A stretch of 64,000 nucleotides of DNA from the human T2T-CHM13v2.0 reference genome, Homo sapiens: NCBI RefSeq assembly GCF_009914755.1, contig NC_060930.1. One strand, given 5' to 3'. A program made the position numbers and the translations under genes. The notes below the pieces were generated by a model. It made no database searches, was not told the DNA's origin, and saw only the letters and a list, made by a program, of their open reading frames with translations. Positions 13,569-26,639 of this stretch are shown one piece after another (position 1 is the first letter of the stretch; every line of letters starts with the position of its first letter).

Positions 13569-14971
13569 ATCTAGAATGTGACATGAAGTCTGGCCTTAGA
13601 GACAGAATTCACTATCCTTTGCCTGCTAAATTTCAGCCAGAAATAATGCTCCCTTTCTGGAATTCACTTCTGAAATGAATATATAAACAAAATTCAGTGA
13701 CACAAAGTGATGTTGTTTTCTTACATTCCAACCTGACAGCTCCCATGGGTGGAAGGGGGAAAGGGAAATTTATTATTGTTTTAATATTTAGCTTCTTCAT
13801 AATATTATATAAGAAACACATTTATGGTATAAAGTGGTGTGGTTAACTAGGAAGACAAGCATGTAATTGTCATACTGAAATGCGCAGAAGTAGCTAGATA
13901 TTTTTTATTTAGTAGTTACACCCATTAAGTAAATCAGTGGTGTAGGACAGATGCAGCATTGGATCGATCCCACTCCAGTAGAATAAAAGGGATTTTTTAA
14001 CCTGTACATTACACAGTGTCACATTAAATGAAGTTATTGCTACATCAGGTGACACAGAAGAAACTGATATTACATGACCTGATGCAAATTCAAATGGAAA
14101 ATTTGGAGCATACAAATGGATTAAACACCCTTGAAAATCAGGTAGAGTACAATTCCAGAGGATTTCAGGTCATTCAGAAATGCTATTACCTCCCAGCTAA
14201 GAAATGTCGACTGTTTTGTTAGTGATCACACTGAAGCATGAAATTGGGGAGGAAGACTGTTAATGGGTCAGTTAAGGTAAGAATTCCGAAATATTATTTT
14301 AAGGTGGAATGTTGTGACAAATATGTGGCAAAATGTAAAATTACCTCTCAGAAAAATCTGTGTTTATTTTCAGTCACTGTTTATAGTATGGAAAATGTAT
14401 TTTGACTGGAAAATCCCACTTGAAAAGTTCTTACCCTAAAAAACTCACAGACCTTATCAGAGTAAGTCTATCACTGTCCTTACACACTACCACTTTCTTC
14501 TTGGAAAACAACTTATATACCATATAAAATGTATACTTTTTTTTCTAAAAATAGCATTTTATAGTGCTTTAGAAAGAGGTTTTCTTTTTCCTTTATATTA
14601 TAAAACTACTTATGAACATATAATAGAGGGATGAGTTAACAAATGTGTTAAAGCTGGAGTTTGCAAACACAAGTTAGCCAATAAAGGTTTCCTATCTGGT
14701 AAACTCTACTGATGAAAAAGTCTTAACTGTAATAGATAGTTGCCAATCAGATGAATTAAACTTTAAAAAAATATAGGTTTTAAATACATAATGTCAGATT
14801 ACTTAACTGAAACTACTTTCTTTAATTTCCTTTAAGAAAAGAATTGCTTGATTTTTCTCCTCTCTTCAGTTTTGTGTGTGTGTGCGTGTGTGTGTGTAAA
14901 TCAAGGAATTATTCGATTTTTAAAATGAAGCCAATAATAATTGAAGATTTATTAGTTGGTGCATGTTATAT

Positions 14972-15810
14972 TGATACGGGAATGCTGGCAAGGGAAGAGC
15001 ATGGTTCCTTTAAATGATACGGAATCGGGGAAGGGAAGTTCTGGAGAGAAAGGTGGGTCCCTGGCTAGGGCTCCACCCCCAGGGACCTAGGTGAGCACAG
15101 GCATTTCCTGCCCAAATGTATTTCCCAAGACCACCCGGACCTGCCACGCCCTCATCAGGGGCCTATAAAAACGCGAGACGCTGGTGTGCAGACACACAGG
15201 TGGCCATACCTCCAGAGAAGTACTTCAGCGGTAGAAGACTCAAGCGGCTGGTCCTCCAGAGGACCTCGAGAGGAGCATGTTGGCAGAAAAACACACCGAC
15301 AGACATCTGCACGCCTGCAGGCCATTGATTGAGGGGACTAGGCGGAGTTTGGCCGGGGCTGTTGGAGGAGAGCCGGGGCCACCTAGCGGCCCAATTCCAG
15401 GGGAAAATCGTCTGCCTCTGGCTCCTCCATCAGCTGAGAGCTACTTCCACTCAATAAAACTTTGTACTCTTTCTCCAGTCCCGCATGTGATCCGATTCTT
15501 CCGGTACACCAAGGCAAGAACCCGGGATACAGAAAGCCCTCTGTCCTTGCGACAAGGTAGAGGTTCTAATTGAGCGGACTTACACAAGACACCTATAGAC
15601 GGCAAATTAAAAGAGCACCCTGTAACACACGCCCACTGGGGCTTCAGGAGCTGTAAACGTTCACCCCTAGACACTGCCGTGGAGTCAAGAGCCCCACAGC
15701 CTGCCCATCTGTATGCTCCCCTAGAAGTTTGAGCAGCGGGGCACTGAAGAAGCAAGCCACACCCACATCGCACGCCCTGCGAGGGGGATGACGGAACCTT
15801 TCCCGTTTCA
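14972..15810 (+). mobile_element. Intact solo ERV1 LTR, LTR1 family (LTR1A-like)
   Basis: TG…CA termini, 4-bp TSD ATAT (14968-14971 and 15811-15814), TATAAAA at 15164-15170, AATAAA at 15453-15458, duplicated TGATACGG start. GC/CpG-rich relative to flanks. Confidence 0.88.
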
Positions 15811-17920
15811 ATATGACCATAGGTATTTAAATGGTTTTTAATAAAAGATATTTACTGTGGGAAATTAGAACCATCCAGATCTTTAAACGTAATGCATAGG
15901 AAATAGATGGTGAAAATATTGGTAGAAAGTTATAAAATCTTTACTACTAAAATTTAAATGATTTATTTTAAGAAATGCATTTAACAACAGATTATATGGC
16001 TGCTTTCTTCATTTACTACATTTGTAGCACTTATTACCTGTGCTTTGTGTTATCAGTAGTAAGTGGCCATACTTTTCACTTTGAGGGCACAGAGTGTTTT
16101 TTCACCTTTTTAATCCTAACTACTGCCCATTCATCTAAACACCAAAGTCTCTTGGCCAGTGTCCTTTCAGACGTCATAGATGCAAAATAAATGTATTTTT
16201 GAATGAGTGAATGTAGTAAAGGAGGCATACCTGTGTATAATGCTCTCTCCAGAGATGATACCATGAAATTACTTTCTAAGGGGTACTTTTAGGTCTTTAA
16301 TAATCAAATTCATTAACCTGCTAAGTAACACTACTCTAAAATAATGTAATCAGTGAGCCAGTTTAGCATACTTTAAATTTGTGCATAAAAACAATTATGG
16401 AATATCCCCATTTTTAATTCTTAATATACTTAAATAATTGGTTCTTTAGTTTTCACATTTATGTATTTCTTAGCTTGTTTAATACCGTATTTTTAAAATT
16501 TTTCTGTGCTATAATTCTTACATAAATTTCTTTTAAAAGCACATTATTAACAATTGCTACGACTTTGAAATGCATTTTTTTTGAAATGGGTATCTGTTAT
16601 TCAAAATAATAGTTGAAATATAGAGAGCCTTTATATTTCAAAATATTAACCTTTCACTGAATTGATTAAAAGCATATAATATGACTTTGAAGTATTTTGA
16701 AAACCTTGCTGCAGAAAATCAATTGAATTATTTTTTTGTTTGGTAATGTAAAACAGTTGCTTCAGTTTTCAAATACCAAGATTATCCTGTGCACTCTGCC
16801 AATGAATAGATTGAGTAGAAAACATAGGCTGTAGAGAGGAATCATTAATAAGAAAGAATCAAAAACAAAGGAAAGTAAGTGGGTTAATTACGGTAAATAT
16901 GATTTAAGCATCTGTTTAGGCTATCAGGGAATACAAAAGGGAATTTGAGAGATATTAAAATTTAAACCCAAACTAACAAAATGCAAATAAGGACAGAATT
17001 TTTTTCACAGCATAATGAGCATTTATTAAATATTATTTTTATTTAAATGCAGAGAGATGGGCAGTAAGTAGCATTTACGTTTTTTTCTTTTTCTTTTTTT
17101 AAGATAAAATGAATTATCTTACCTAAACCCCTTATCGTGTCAGCTGCCACAATATCAAGCCACAAAAATGTGATCATAAAACCAAGGCACACAAGTTTAA
17201 AAACACAAGGTTGGAAAAAGTATTCAGGGCACAACATGAAGCATTTTCAGTATGTCTGTTCTACATTTTTAAGTATCATATTGCAGGAAATTTTTTTACG
17301 TTTTGCTCAATGTTATAAAATTATTTATAGTCATAGTATTTATGATGAGAGATTTTAACCTTTGAAATTTCTACTCTTTAATTGGATTTAACATTTTCTT
17401 TGTGGTCAATTATCTGATTGATTTTCTTTTGTGTTCCATGGATGTATTAATATTTCATGGGCATTCTTTTAATCTATTTAAATCATTTTATTTATTATAT
17501 AATAAATTTATTCTGGGTACTTAAAATTTTTAAATTGATCTGCTTGATTCTCAAACATAGTCTTCCTAAGGAGCATATCTGATACTTCCTGCTCCCTGTA
17601 GAATTCTTGGGTGGCTTCAAACTACCAACAGAATAAAATCTAAATTTTCTTTCATGACAGAAAAAGGCCCCTTATCTCCCTCATTTCTTTCAGCTTTCCA
17701 TTGTGCACCCATATCTAACATATTATCAGCTGATCCATAGTGAAAAATCCTATGTTTCCCAAATTTGGTCTGCTCCATCACACTGCTGGTGTTCCTTCAC
17801 ACCACTGTATCTTTGTACATTTTCCCTTTACCTGTAAGTATTTTCCCTAAGTACATCTGGCTAAATTAGAGTCATAATTCAAAATTCATTTTATTAATAA
17901 TCTCTGGTACTTCTCCAATG

Positions 17921-19466
17921 TTTTTACTTTATTTCAATTGACAAACATTGTATATATTTATTATGTACAAAATATTTTGAAATATATATATTTGTGGAAT
18001 GGCTAAATTGAGCTAATTAACATATACATTACCTCACAGGTTTATCATTTTTTGGTAATAAGAACATTTAAAATTGACTCTGTTAGCAATTTGTAAGAAT
18101 GCAATACATTGTTATTAACCATGTTGCACAATAGATTTCTTGAACTTACTCCTCCGATCTACTTGAAATTTGGATGGATGGTATCCTTTTACCATCATCT
18201 CCCTAGCCCACCCTTCTTCTCTCCTCCTGGCCCCATGTAACCACCATTCTGCTCTCTGCTTCTATGTGTTTGACTGTTTTAGATTCAACATATCAGTGAA
18301 ATCATACAGTATTTGTCCTTCTATGCCTGGCTTATTTCACTTAATATAATGTCCTCCAGGCTCACCCATGTTGTTTCAAATGACAGGATTTTCTTTTTTT
18401 ATAAGGTTGAATAGTATTCCATTGTGTGTGTGTGTGTGTGTATAATACAATGTGATATATATATATATATATATATAAAATACAATGTGATTATATATCA
18501 CATCTTCTTTATCTGTTTGATAGATGTGAAAAGATATATCACATCTTTATCTATCTATCTGTGTATAAATATCACATTATCTGTTCATCCATTGCTGGAC
18601 ACTTAGGTTGATTTCATATCTTGGCTATTGTGAATAATGCTGCAATAAACAAAGGAGTGCAGATACCTCTTCAACATGCTGAGCTCATTTCCTTTGGATA
18701 TATACCAATCACTGGGGTTGCTGGATTGTATGTCAGTTCTACTTTTCATTTGCTGAGGAACCTCCACACAGTTTTCCATAATGACTATACTAATTTAAAT
18801 TTCCACCAATACTGTGTAAGAGTTCCCTTTTCTCCATATCCTCACCAACACTTATCTTTTGTCTTTCTGACAACAGCCATTCTAACTTGCATCTATTGGA
18901 TGACTATTGATATTGAGCATTTTTTCCCATATACTTGTTGTCCATTTGTATGTCTTCTTTTGAGAAATGTATATTCAGATCCTTTGCCATTTTTAAAATT
19001 GTGTTATTTGTTTTCTTGCTAGTGAGTTAAATTTTTTTATATATTTTGGATAGCAACAACTTATCAAATGTATAGTTTGCAAATATTTTACCCCATTCCG
19101 TAAGTTGTCTCTTCACTCCTGTTTCCTTGGCTGAACAGGGACTTTTTAGTTTGATGCAATCCCATTTATCAATTTTTACTATTGTTGCTGTGCTTTCAGG
19201 TTCACATATCCAAAAAAATCGTTACCTAGAACAATGCCATTGAGATTTCTTTCTCTTAGTTTTTCAGCTTCAGGTCTTATGTTTAAGTCTTTAATTCATT
19301 CTGAGTTGGTTTTCTATAAAGAGTCTAATTTCATTATTCTGATTGTGGATATTCATTAGTTTCAACACCATTTATTGAAGACATTGCCCTTACTCCCATT
19401 ATGTGTTTTTGGCACTTGTATCAAAAATCAACTGACCATAAATGCAGGAATTTATTTTTGGGTTTT
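17921..19466 (-). mobile_element. L1MA-type LINE-1, 3' ~1.5 kb
   Basis: 3'UTR motif GTGGAATGGCTAAATTGAGCTAATTAACATATACATTACCTCA, followed by antisense ORF2 C-terminal sequence. Confidence 0.85.
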
Positions 19467-19489
19467 CAATGGCATAGGCATGCAGAAAA

Positions 19490-22400
19490 TGAGCCAGGGC
19501 GGGAAACTAAAGAAAATGAAAGTACAGCATATGAAAAATGGTAGAACACAGCTAAAACAGTGTGGAGAGGGAAATTTATGGCACTAAACACATACATTCA
19601 AAAAGAGGAAAGGCCTCAAAGCAATAATTGGAGTTCCTATCTCAAGAACCTAAAAATAAAAACAAAATAAGCCCAAAGCAAGCAAAGGAAGGAAATCATA
19701 TGTATAAGGCAGAAATCAATGAATTTGAAAACAGAAAAACAGTGACACAAAATGTTTTTTCTTTGATAGGATCAATAAAATTAACATAGCAAGACTGATA
19801 TATAATGATAAAAAAGGAGGACATAGATTATTACTGTCAGAAATGAAACATGAGATATAACTACAGACCTTCACACATCATAAGGCTAATAAGGGAATAA
19901 TAAAAATAACTTCACACAAATAAATTTGGCAACTTGGAATGGACCAATTTTTTTAAAAAAACAAAATCTACCATAACTTACTCAATATGAAATACAAAAT
20001 TTGAATAGTTTTATAACTAATAATAATATTAAATTTTCAATTAAATACTTCCCTCAGTATAAATCTCCAGATGGTTTCATTGTAAAATTCTACCAAATTC
20101 CTTAAAGAAGAATTAACACTCATTTTACACTATCTCTTACAGAATATAGAAGAAAAAGGAAAACATTATGACTCCTTCCAAAAAGTGATTACTATCTGAC
20201 TAGTATAAGAAGATAAAGGCAATACCAAAAAAAAAAAAAAAAAAAAAGCTACGGGCCAACATCCCTCATGAAATACAGATGAAAACATGTTTAACAAAGG
20301 ATTATCAAATAGAAATCAGGAATACATAAAACAATTTATATATCATGACCCAGAGATTTTATTCTAGTAGATTTATTTATTTTAGGAATTTATTCTAGTG
20401 ATGGAAGACGGGTTTAAAATTTGATAATTACTTGCAAGCTAACACATTAACAGGCTCAGGAAAAAAAAAACATTATCCTCTCAATTTATGCAAAAAATAT
20501 TTAACAAAATTTTTACCGTTTTATGATTAAAAAAAAAACACTACGTAAACTAGGAATAGAGGAGAACACCCTAAACCTAATTATTAAGACCATCTACAAA
20601 AACCCCGTAACTACCAAAAAAAAAAAAAACCCAAAAAAACTAATTAAGAGAATCTACAAAACCATTTTACTGAATGGTGAAAGACTACTTTCTTCCTATG
20701 ATTGGGATCAAGGCAAAGATAATCACTCTTTCCACTCTTACCACAGTACTTAACTTTTAGCTAGTGCTGTAAGGCAAGAAAAATAAATTGTCATATGTAC
20801 AGAAACAAAGAAATAAAACTGTCCCTATTTTGCTGATGACCTGATGTTCTACATTAAAAAAATCCCAAAGAATCTACCAAAAAAAAAAAAAAAAAACAAA
20901 ACAAAACATGTAACTCGTAGAACTAATAAGTAAGTTTAACAAAATGGCAGGATACAAAATAAATATACAAAATAAATTGTACGTGCTAGCAATGAACACA
21001 TGAACACTGAAGTTAAAATACAGTACCATTTGCAAGCAGTCAAAAACAAACCCTGAAAATTTGAGTTGTAAATCTAATAAATACAGATCTTGCAAAACAC
21101 TGATAAGGAATTAAAGATCAAAATTAATAGAAGGACTTACTTTGTATGTGGATTGAAAGATTCTACATTTCCCATTAAAATGCAAACATGATTTTTGTAA
21201 ATACAGACAAGAGTATTCCAAACTTCACATGGAAAAGCTTAGAAATTAGAATATCTAAATTATGAAAAAGTAAAATAGTGTGGGAAAAATCATTCTACCT
21301 GATTTAAAACTTATTATATAGCTACAGTAATAAAGACCAAGTAGAGGACCCCACAATAATTCTCTACAAGCATTGCCAACTTATTTTTGACAAAGTTATA
21401 AAATCAATTCAACTGAAGAAGGATAGTTTTCTTTTCTTTTTTAGAAATGGGGCTGGAGCAATTGGCTATCCATAGGCAAAAATGAACTCCTACATAAGTC
21501 TCAGACCTTATACAAAAGTAACCTAAAATAGACCTTAGATTTAATGTCAATTGTAAAACTATAAAACCTTTAGAGAAAACATAGGGAAAAGTCTTGGATT
21601 TAGGGCTTAATGAGGAGTTGTTAGACGTGACACCAAAAGCATGATCTATAAAACAAAAAATAGATGAATTATACTTCATCAAAATTAAAAACTATTGCTC
21701 TGCAAAAGATGAAAAGACAATCACTATCCTTGAGGGAAATGCAAATTAAGACCTCAAAATGACAATATCAAAATCTGGTTAGGATGTGGAGAAATGGTCT
21801 CATACATTTCTGTGGGAATGTGAAATGGTACAGTCACTCTATAAGATTATTTGGCAGTTTCTTTTAAAAACTAAACATATCATTACCATAAAATTCAAAC
21901 ATTGTACTTCTGAGCATTTATTGTAGAGAAATTAAAATTTATGTCCATATAAAATCTAGACATGATTGTTCCTAGCAATTTACTTGTAATATCGAAACTG
22001 TAAATAACCAGAATGTCCCTAAGTAAGTGAATGTTTAGATAGTGGTTTATCTTTTCCTGAAATACCACTTAGCAATAAATACATACATCTTGGGTGAATC
22101 ACAATATTGTTATGTTCAGTGAAAAAAGTTAATCTCAAGTGGTCATTTACTATATCATTTTATTCGTATAACTCTAAATGACAACACTACTATAGAGATG
22201 AAAAACAAAATAGTGGTCGCCAGGGATTACGAGTGATTAGATGGAGATGTTAGGTGCAAGTATAAAGAGGTAGCACAAAGGAGACTTTTGTGTGAATGGA
22301 ATAGTTCTTCAATGTGGTGGCATTACACAAATATATACATGTGATAAAATGAGATGGAAGTATGGATGTACATTGTACCAAGTCAGTTTTTCCTGGCTTT

Positions 22401-22520
22401 GATACTGTGCTGTGATTATGTAAATGGTAACCATTGGGAGAAACTGGATGAAAGACACATGAGACCTCTCTGAACTATCCTGGCAAATTCCTGTGAATCT
22501 ATACTTATCTAAAAATAATT
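19490..22520 (+). mobile_element. Old L1M (MC/MD-like) ORF2 plus 3'UTR
   Basis: A-rich degenerate ORF2 (…KTLRKLGIE…, LNGERL…). 3' end AACCATTGGGAGAAACTGGATGAA…CCTGTGAATCTATAC. Confidence 0.8.
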
Positions 22521-22539
22521 TTAAAGAGAATCATGTCCC

Positions 22540-23100
22540 ACATAATATTCTGTAATACATATATAGCTGTCTAATGAGCATCTGTATACTTTCTGAAGGA
22601 GAGGAAGAGAACACCAAATTTTTTTTGATGTGATAATGGTAACAAAATTTCCAAATTTGATAAAAATTCACAAATCCAATAAACTCAATGAAACCCAGGC
22701 TTAACCAATATGAAGAAAATTATACTAAGGCACAGCACCATTAAATTGCTCAAAACTTGTGATAAAGATAAAACCTTTAAAGCAACATAGGAAGAACAAA
22801 AATGAGGGTGGTGGCAAATATTTTGCTGGAAACAAGGCAAGTGAGAAGACAATCGAGCAATCTCTAAAATACTTGGGAGAAAAAATTGTCAATCTAGAAT
22901 TGTATACTACTGAAACTACTTCAGAATGAAGGCAGAATACTTTTACAAAAATATAAAAGCTGAAAGAATGTATCCTCAGCAGATTCTCATTATAAGAAAT
23001 GTAAAGCAAGTCCTGGCAGAAGGAAAATGGCACTAGATGGAAGTGTGGATTTATACTATGGAATGTAGAACATCAAAATGGAAATTATATTAGTAAATAT
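22540..23100 (+). mobile_element. Old L1M ORF1-region fragment
   Basis: AAACTCAATGAAACCC, CTAAGGCACA…AAATTGCTCAAAAC and GTCAATCTAGAATTGTATAC. Confidence 0.6.
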
Positions 23101-23399
23101 TTTAAATTTATTTTATATTATATAAAATTTTTAAAATAAAAGCAATAACAATATAAAAATGTTCTTCACACAGCTCATAATGTGGTATACATAGTAGTCT
23201 TTCAAAGCAATTTAGCCAAATGAAAGTGAATGAAAATAAAATAAGAAAAATACCTTAAAAACAAATAGTATTCATATCCATTACAGTTTACGAAAAAATA
23301 TCATTTTTACTGACTTACCATCTTTAACTGCAAATAAAAATTTATTTTCTGTAATTTTCATTTTTTGATAATTATTGATGACTATTTCTTTTCTCTCCA

Positions 23400-23680
23400 A
23401 CCCAAGTCATTATGAAAAGTCATAGTAGAGCTTTTCCGTGCTCAGATTATCTAAAATTTCAACCCTCACAATGCATATCTCTTTCTCTGCCCATTTGCTC
23501 CTTATTATTTATCACTGTTTAACATATTAAAATTTTACATATTTACCTTATTTGTATTTCCCAATAAATTTAAGCTCTATGAGTGCAGGTATATTTGTCT
23601 ATTTTGTTCACCGTGGTATCAGTAGCTCTTAACTGTGCCTGGGACACAGTAGACATTCCATCAAATATTTGTTAATTGTT
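23400..23680 (+). mobile_element. L2 3' end
   Basis: TAAGCTCTATGAGTGCAGG…TTGTTCACCGTGGTATC…GTGCCTGGGACACAGTAGAC…AAATATTTGTT. Confidence 0.7.
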
Positions 23681-24525
23681 GACTATCCAAAACAAACTCA
23701 TGATTTTCTTCCCCTAAGTATGCTATCTCTAGTTGTGTTACTATATATTTTCTACAAGGTCACTTATCTTAGAAACATTTTTTCTTGGACTTTCTACTTT
23801 CAATTAAATCACAAAGTTTGGTCCATTTTTTCTTCCAATTATTTCTCAGTTCTTTGCCTTTTTCTACACCTACTTCCATTCTATTATAGAGAGAGTGTGC
23901 TATCTCATCTCTGTCCCAGAATGTCCTCCCTTCAAATAGCCCCATCCATAGTGCTGTAATCACGAGATTTCTAACGTGCAATACTACTCCTGTCATTCCT
24001 TTTCTCAAAACCCTTCAAGAGCATCTCAAAGACTGTGGAATAAAGTATGGACTTCCCATCATCATTCATAAGGCCTTGCCTCCGTCTCTATCCTTATCTC
24101 CTTCTACTCTCTGCAAGTCCCTGCATAGAACATCTTGCTTTTTTACCTCTGGTCTTTCTAATGCAATAACCTTGCCTCAAATGGCCTCTCACTCTTCAGA
24201 CTAAGCACAGAACTAACTTTGTGGGTTGGTCAAACCGTCTCCAGGGACTTTTTTTTGTAATGCAACTATTGGTAAATGGGTAAATGTGCCGATCTTTTCT
24301 AACAGACCGCACATTTCTGGAGAGCAGAAAGTACATTTTGCCTTTTTATCTTACACTTAACACAAAGTTGGCATAGGCAGGGGCACAGAACTGTTGAAAA
24401 AATATTCAATAACTGAATATTACCCTAAGTGACTTAGAATGTATGTTCACAGAGCACAGATGCTATTTACATTACAAACTTCAGGAAAATGACTAATCAG
24501 AGTTTTAAAAAAATTAAATATTGTA

Positions 24526-24840
24526 AGCTGGGTGCTGTGGCTCACACCTGTAGCCCCAGCACTTTGGGAGGCTGAGATGGGTGGATCACTTGAGGCCAGG
24601 AGTTCAAGACCAGCCTGACCAATATGATGAAACCCCGTCTCTACTAAAAATACAAAAATTAGCCAGGTGTGGTGGCACATGCCTGTAGTCCCAGCTACTT
24701 GGGAGGTTGAGGCATGAGAATCGCTTGAACCCAGGAGCCAGCCAGAGGTTGCAGTAAGCAGAGATTGTGCCACTGCACTCCAACCTGGGTGACAGAGTGA
24801 GACTCTGTCTTGAAAAAAATTAAAACAAAATAAAATAAAA
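24526..24840 (+). mobile_element. AluS, full length
   Basis: Both arms, linker TACTAAAAATACAAAAATTAGCC, degenerate A-tail. AAATATTGT / AAATACTGT flanks. Confidence 0.92.
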
Positions 24841-26220
24841 ATACTGTTATGTTCAAATGACAGTTAAGTAAATCTCAGCATGAATGTTAAAATAGCTTTT
24901 TGAATAGTTTTTAGTGAGTTTTACATCTAGCAATTTCAACTTAATAACATTTACTTTTATGGTCTTCCTAAGTAACGCTATCAATTTCCAACTTTTGACC
25001 TTTAGTTTAAAGGAATAGAAGGATGTGCCTTTGGTAAATATTTTCAAAATTGTCTAAACACTGCATACCTTAACTGAGCATAGGGAGGCTGAGCAGAGTC
25101 CATCCTCTTTCTATCTTAAGTAATTTTCAGCCACAGATACATGCGCAGGGGTTTATATTCCTAACTGGGTAAATGACTTTCACATTTATTAAATGATCTG
25201 AGTGCTGAAATAGTGATTATTTGTTCAAGCTCAGGAGAATTTTGTTTTGAGCATTTTTAAGTTCTCATGGTCCTCAGCTCCGTCTCTTCTTTGAATTCTG
25301 TCAAGCATTACTTACATTTTATTTAAAATAAATTATGTTTTCATAAACAGGTAGTTTTGCCTTCTTATTTCTCATTTAATCTTCCACAAACTAACTTTGA
25401 AAACAGAATAAGTTATAGTACTGCCATCGTCATTTGGGGAAAATACTTGAATACTGAAGTTTCCCAAATTAGGGTATCAAATAACTTCCATAATGTTAGT
25501 TTTAACTTAAAAAAAAAATCAAATCAAAGCAAAACAAAACAAAACTCAAAACCTTTAACAGCTAGCCAGAATGTATAGGTCTATAACAACTATGAATAAA
25601 CTGCTAGAGGCAAATTTTTATTCAGCAGAAATTCTGCTCTGCTGTATTTTTTCCTTTAAAAAATCTTTTTGAAACAAGTGTCACAATTGTAATCTTTTAA
25701 TTAATTTGGTACTTCATACAGAGGAGTCCTGAGTGAAAGCTAGTAGCTGTTTTTGCCATGGTGCCCAGAAGGATGCCTCTGTTTTGCCAAAAAATGTTCT
25801 GTCACTAATGTGAAGCCTGTTGACAAACTGTTGTTTATATGTTGTCAATGTGATGCCAAGTCAATTGTTTCACTACGGGAATCCTGGCTTGGCCCCAGTG
25901 GCTGTCTTAGTCTTTGTAGACACACAGATAATTTTAGGAAAGGGAATTAAAGGTAAAAACCTTATTTCACTTTTACTTGGCTCTTTATTTAACTGAAATT
26001 TTATGAAGATATGAAAATAAGTGGTGATCAAACAACTTTGCAAGAACTGTAATTCTAAAGACTTAGACATATGGTTGGTTTTTAATTCTTCTAGCTGTTA
26101 ATTAAGAGGCTAATTATACAAGATGGTTAGGTATATATTAGCTTGCAAATTCTATCTTTTTTTCTTGTCATTTAAAATTAGCAAAGTAAGAGCTATGTAA
26201 GTCTTCTTTATCCTCTAAAT

Positions 26221-26426
26221 CAGTGATAGTCAATGGGGGATAATTTTGCCCTCCAGGGGAGATTTGACAATATCTGCAGACACTTTTGTCACACTCAAAC
26301 AGGAGCTGTGGCACGTAGTAGACATAGGTTGGGTATGCGGCTAACCATCTATGGTGCACAAAACAGCCCCCTACAACAAAGAATTATCTGGTCTGAAATG
26401 TCAATAGTATGGAAGTTGAGAAACTG
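26221..26426 (+). mobile_element. MER20 (hAT-Charlie)
   Basis: CAGTG start, ATTTTGCCCTCCAGGGGAGATTTGACAATATCTG, CAACAAAGAATTATCTGG…GTTGAGAAACTG. Confidence 0.85.
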
Positions 26427-26639
26427 TTATTTACATAAATGGTTGATGTGTATAGAGAATAGCATTAAAATGTTATACAAAATAATGGTTAGAGAAAATA
26501 TACAATGAATATGGTTAGAAATTTAAGGAGACACTAAAAGAATGGGAATACAGTCTACAGCTTTCATATTAGCAGAAGAAAAAAAAAGGAAGAATGAGAA
26601 AAGTATTATCGGTCACAAAATGAAATAAAGGGGAAGAGG

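Noticed and set aside
15116-15773. Overlapping ORFs and an apparent CpG island
   Set aside because: They lie entirely within the solo LTR, and there is no gag/pol/env or primer-binding site.
17921-22520. Back-to-back inverted L1s as one twin-primed insertion
   Set aside because: Each has its own 3'UTR of a different subfamily and both cover the ORF2 3' region, so they are independent insertions.
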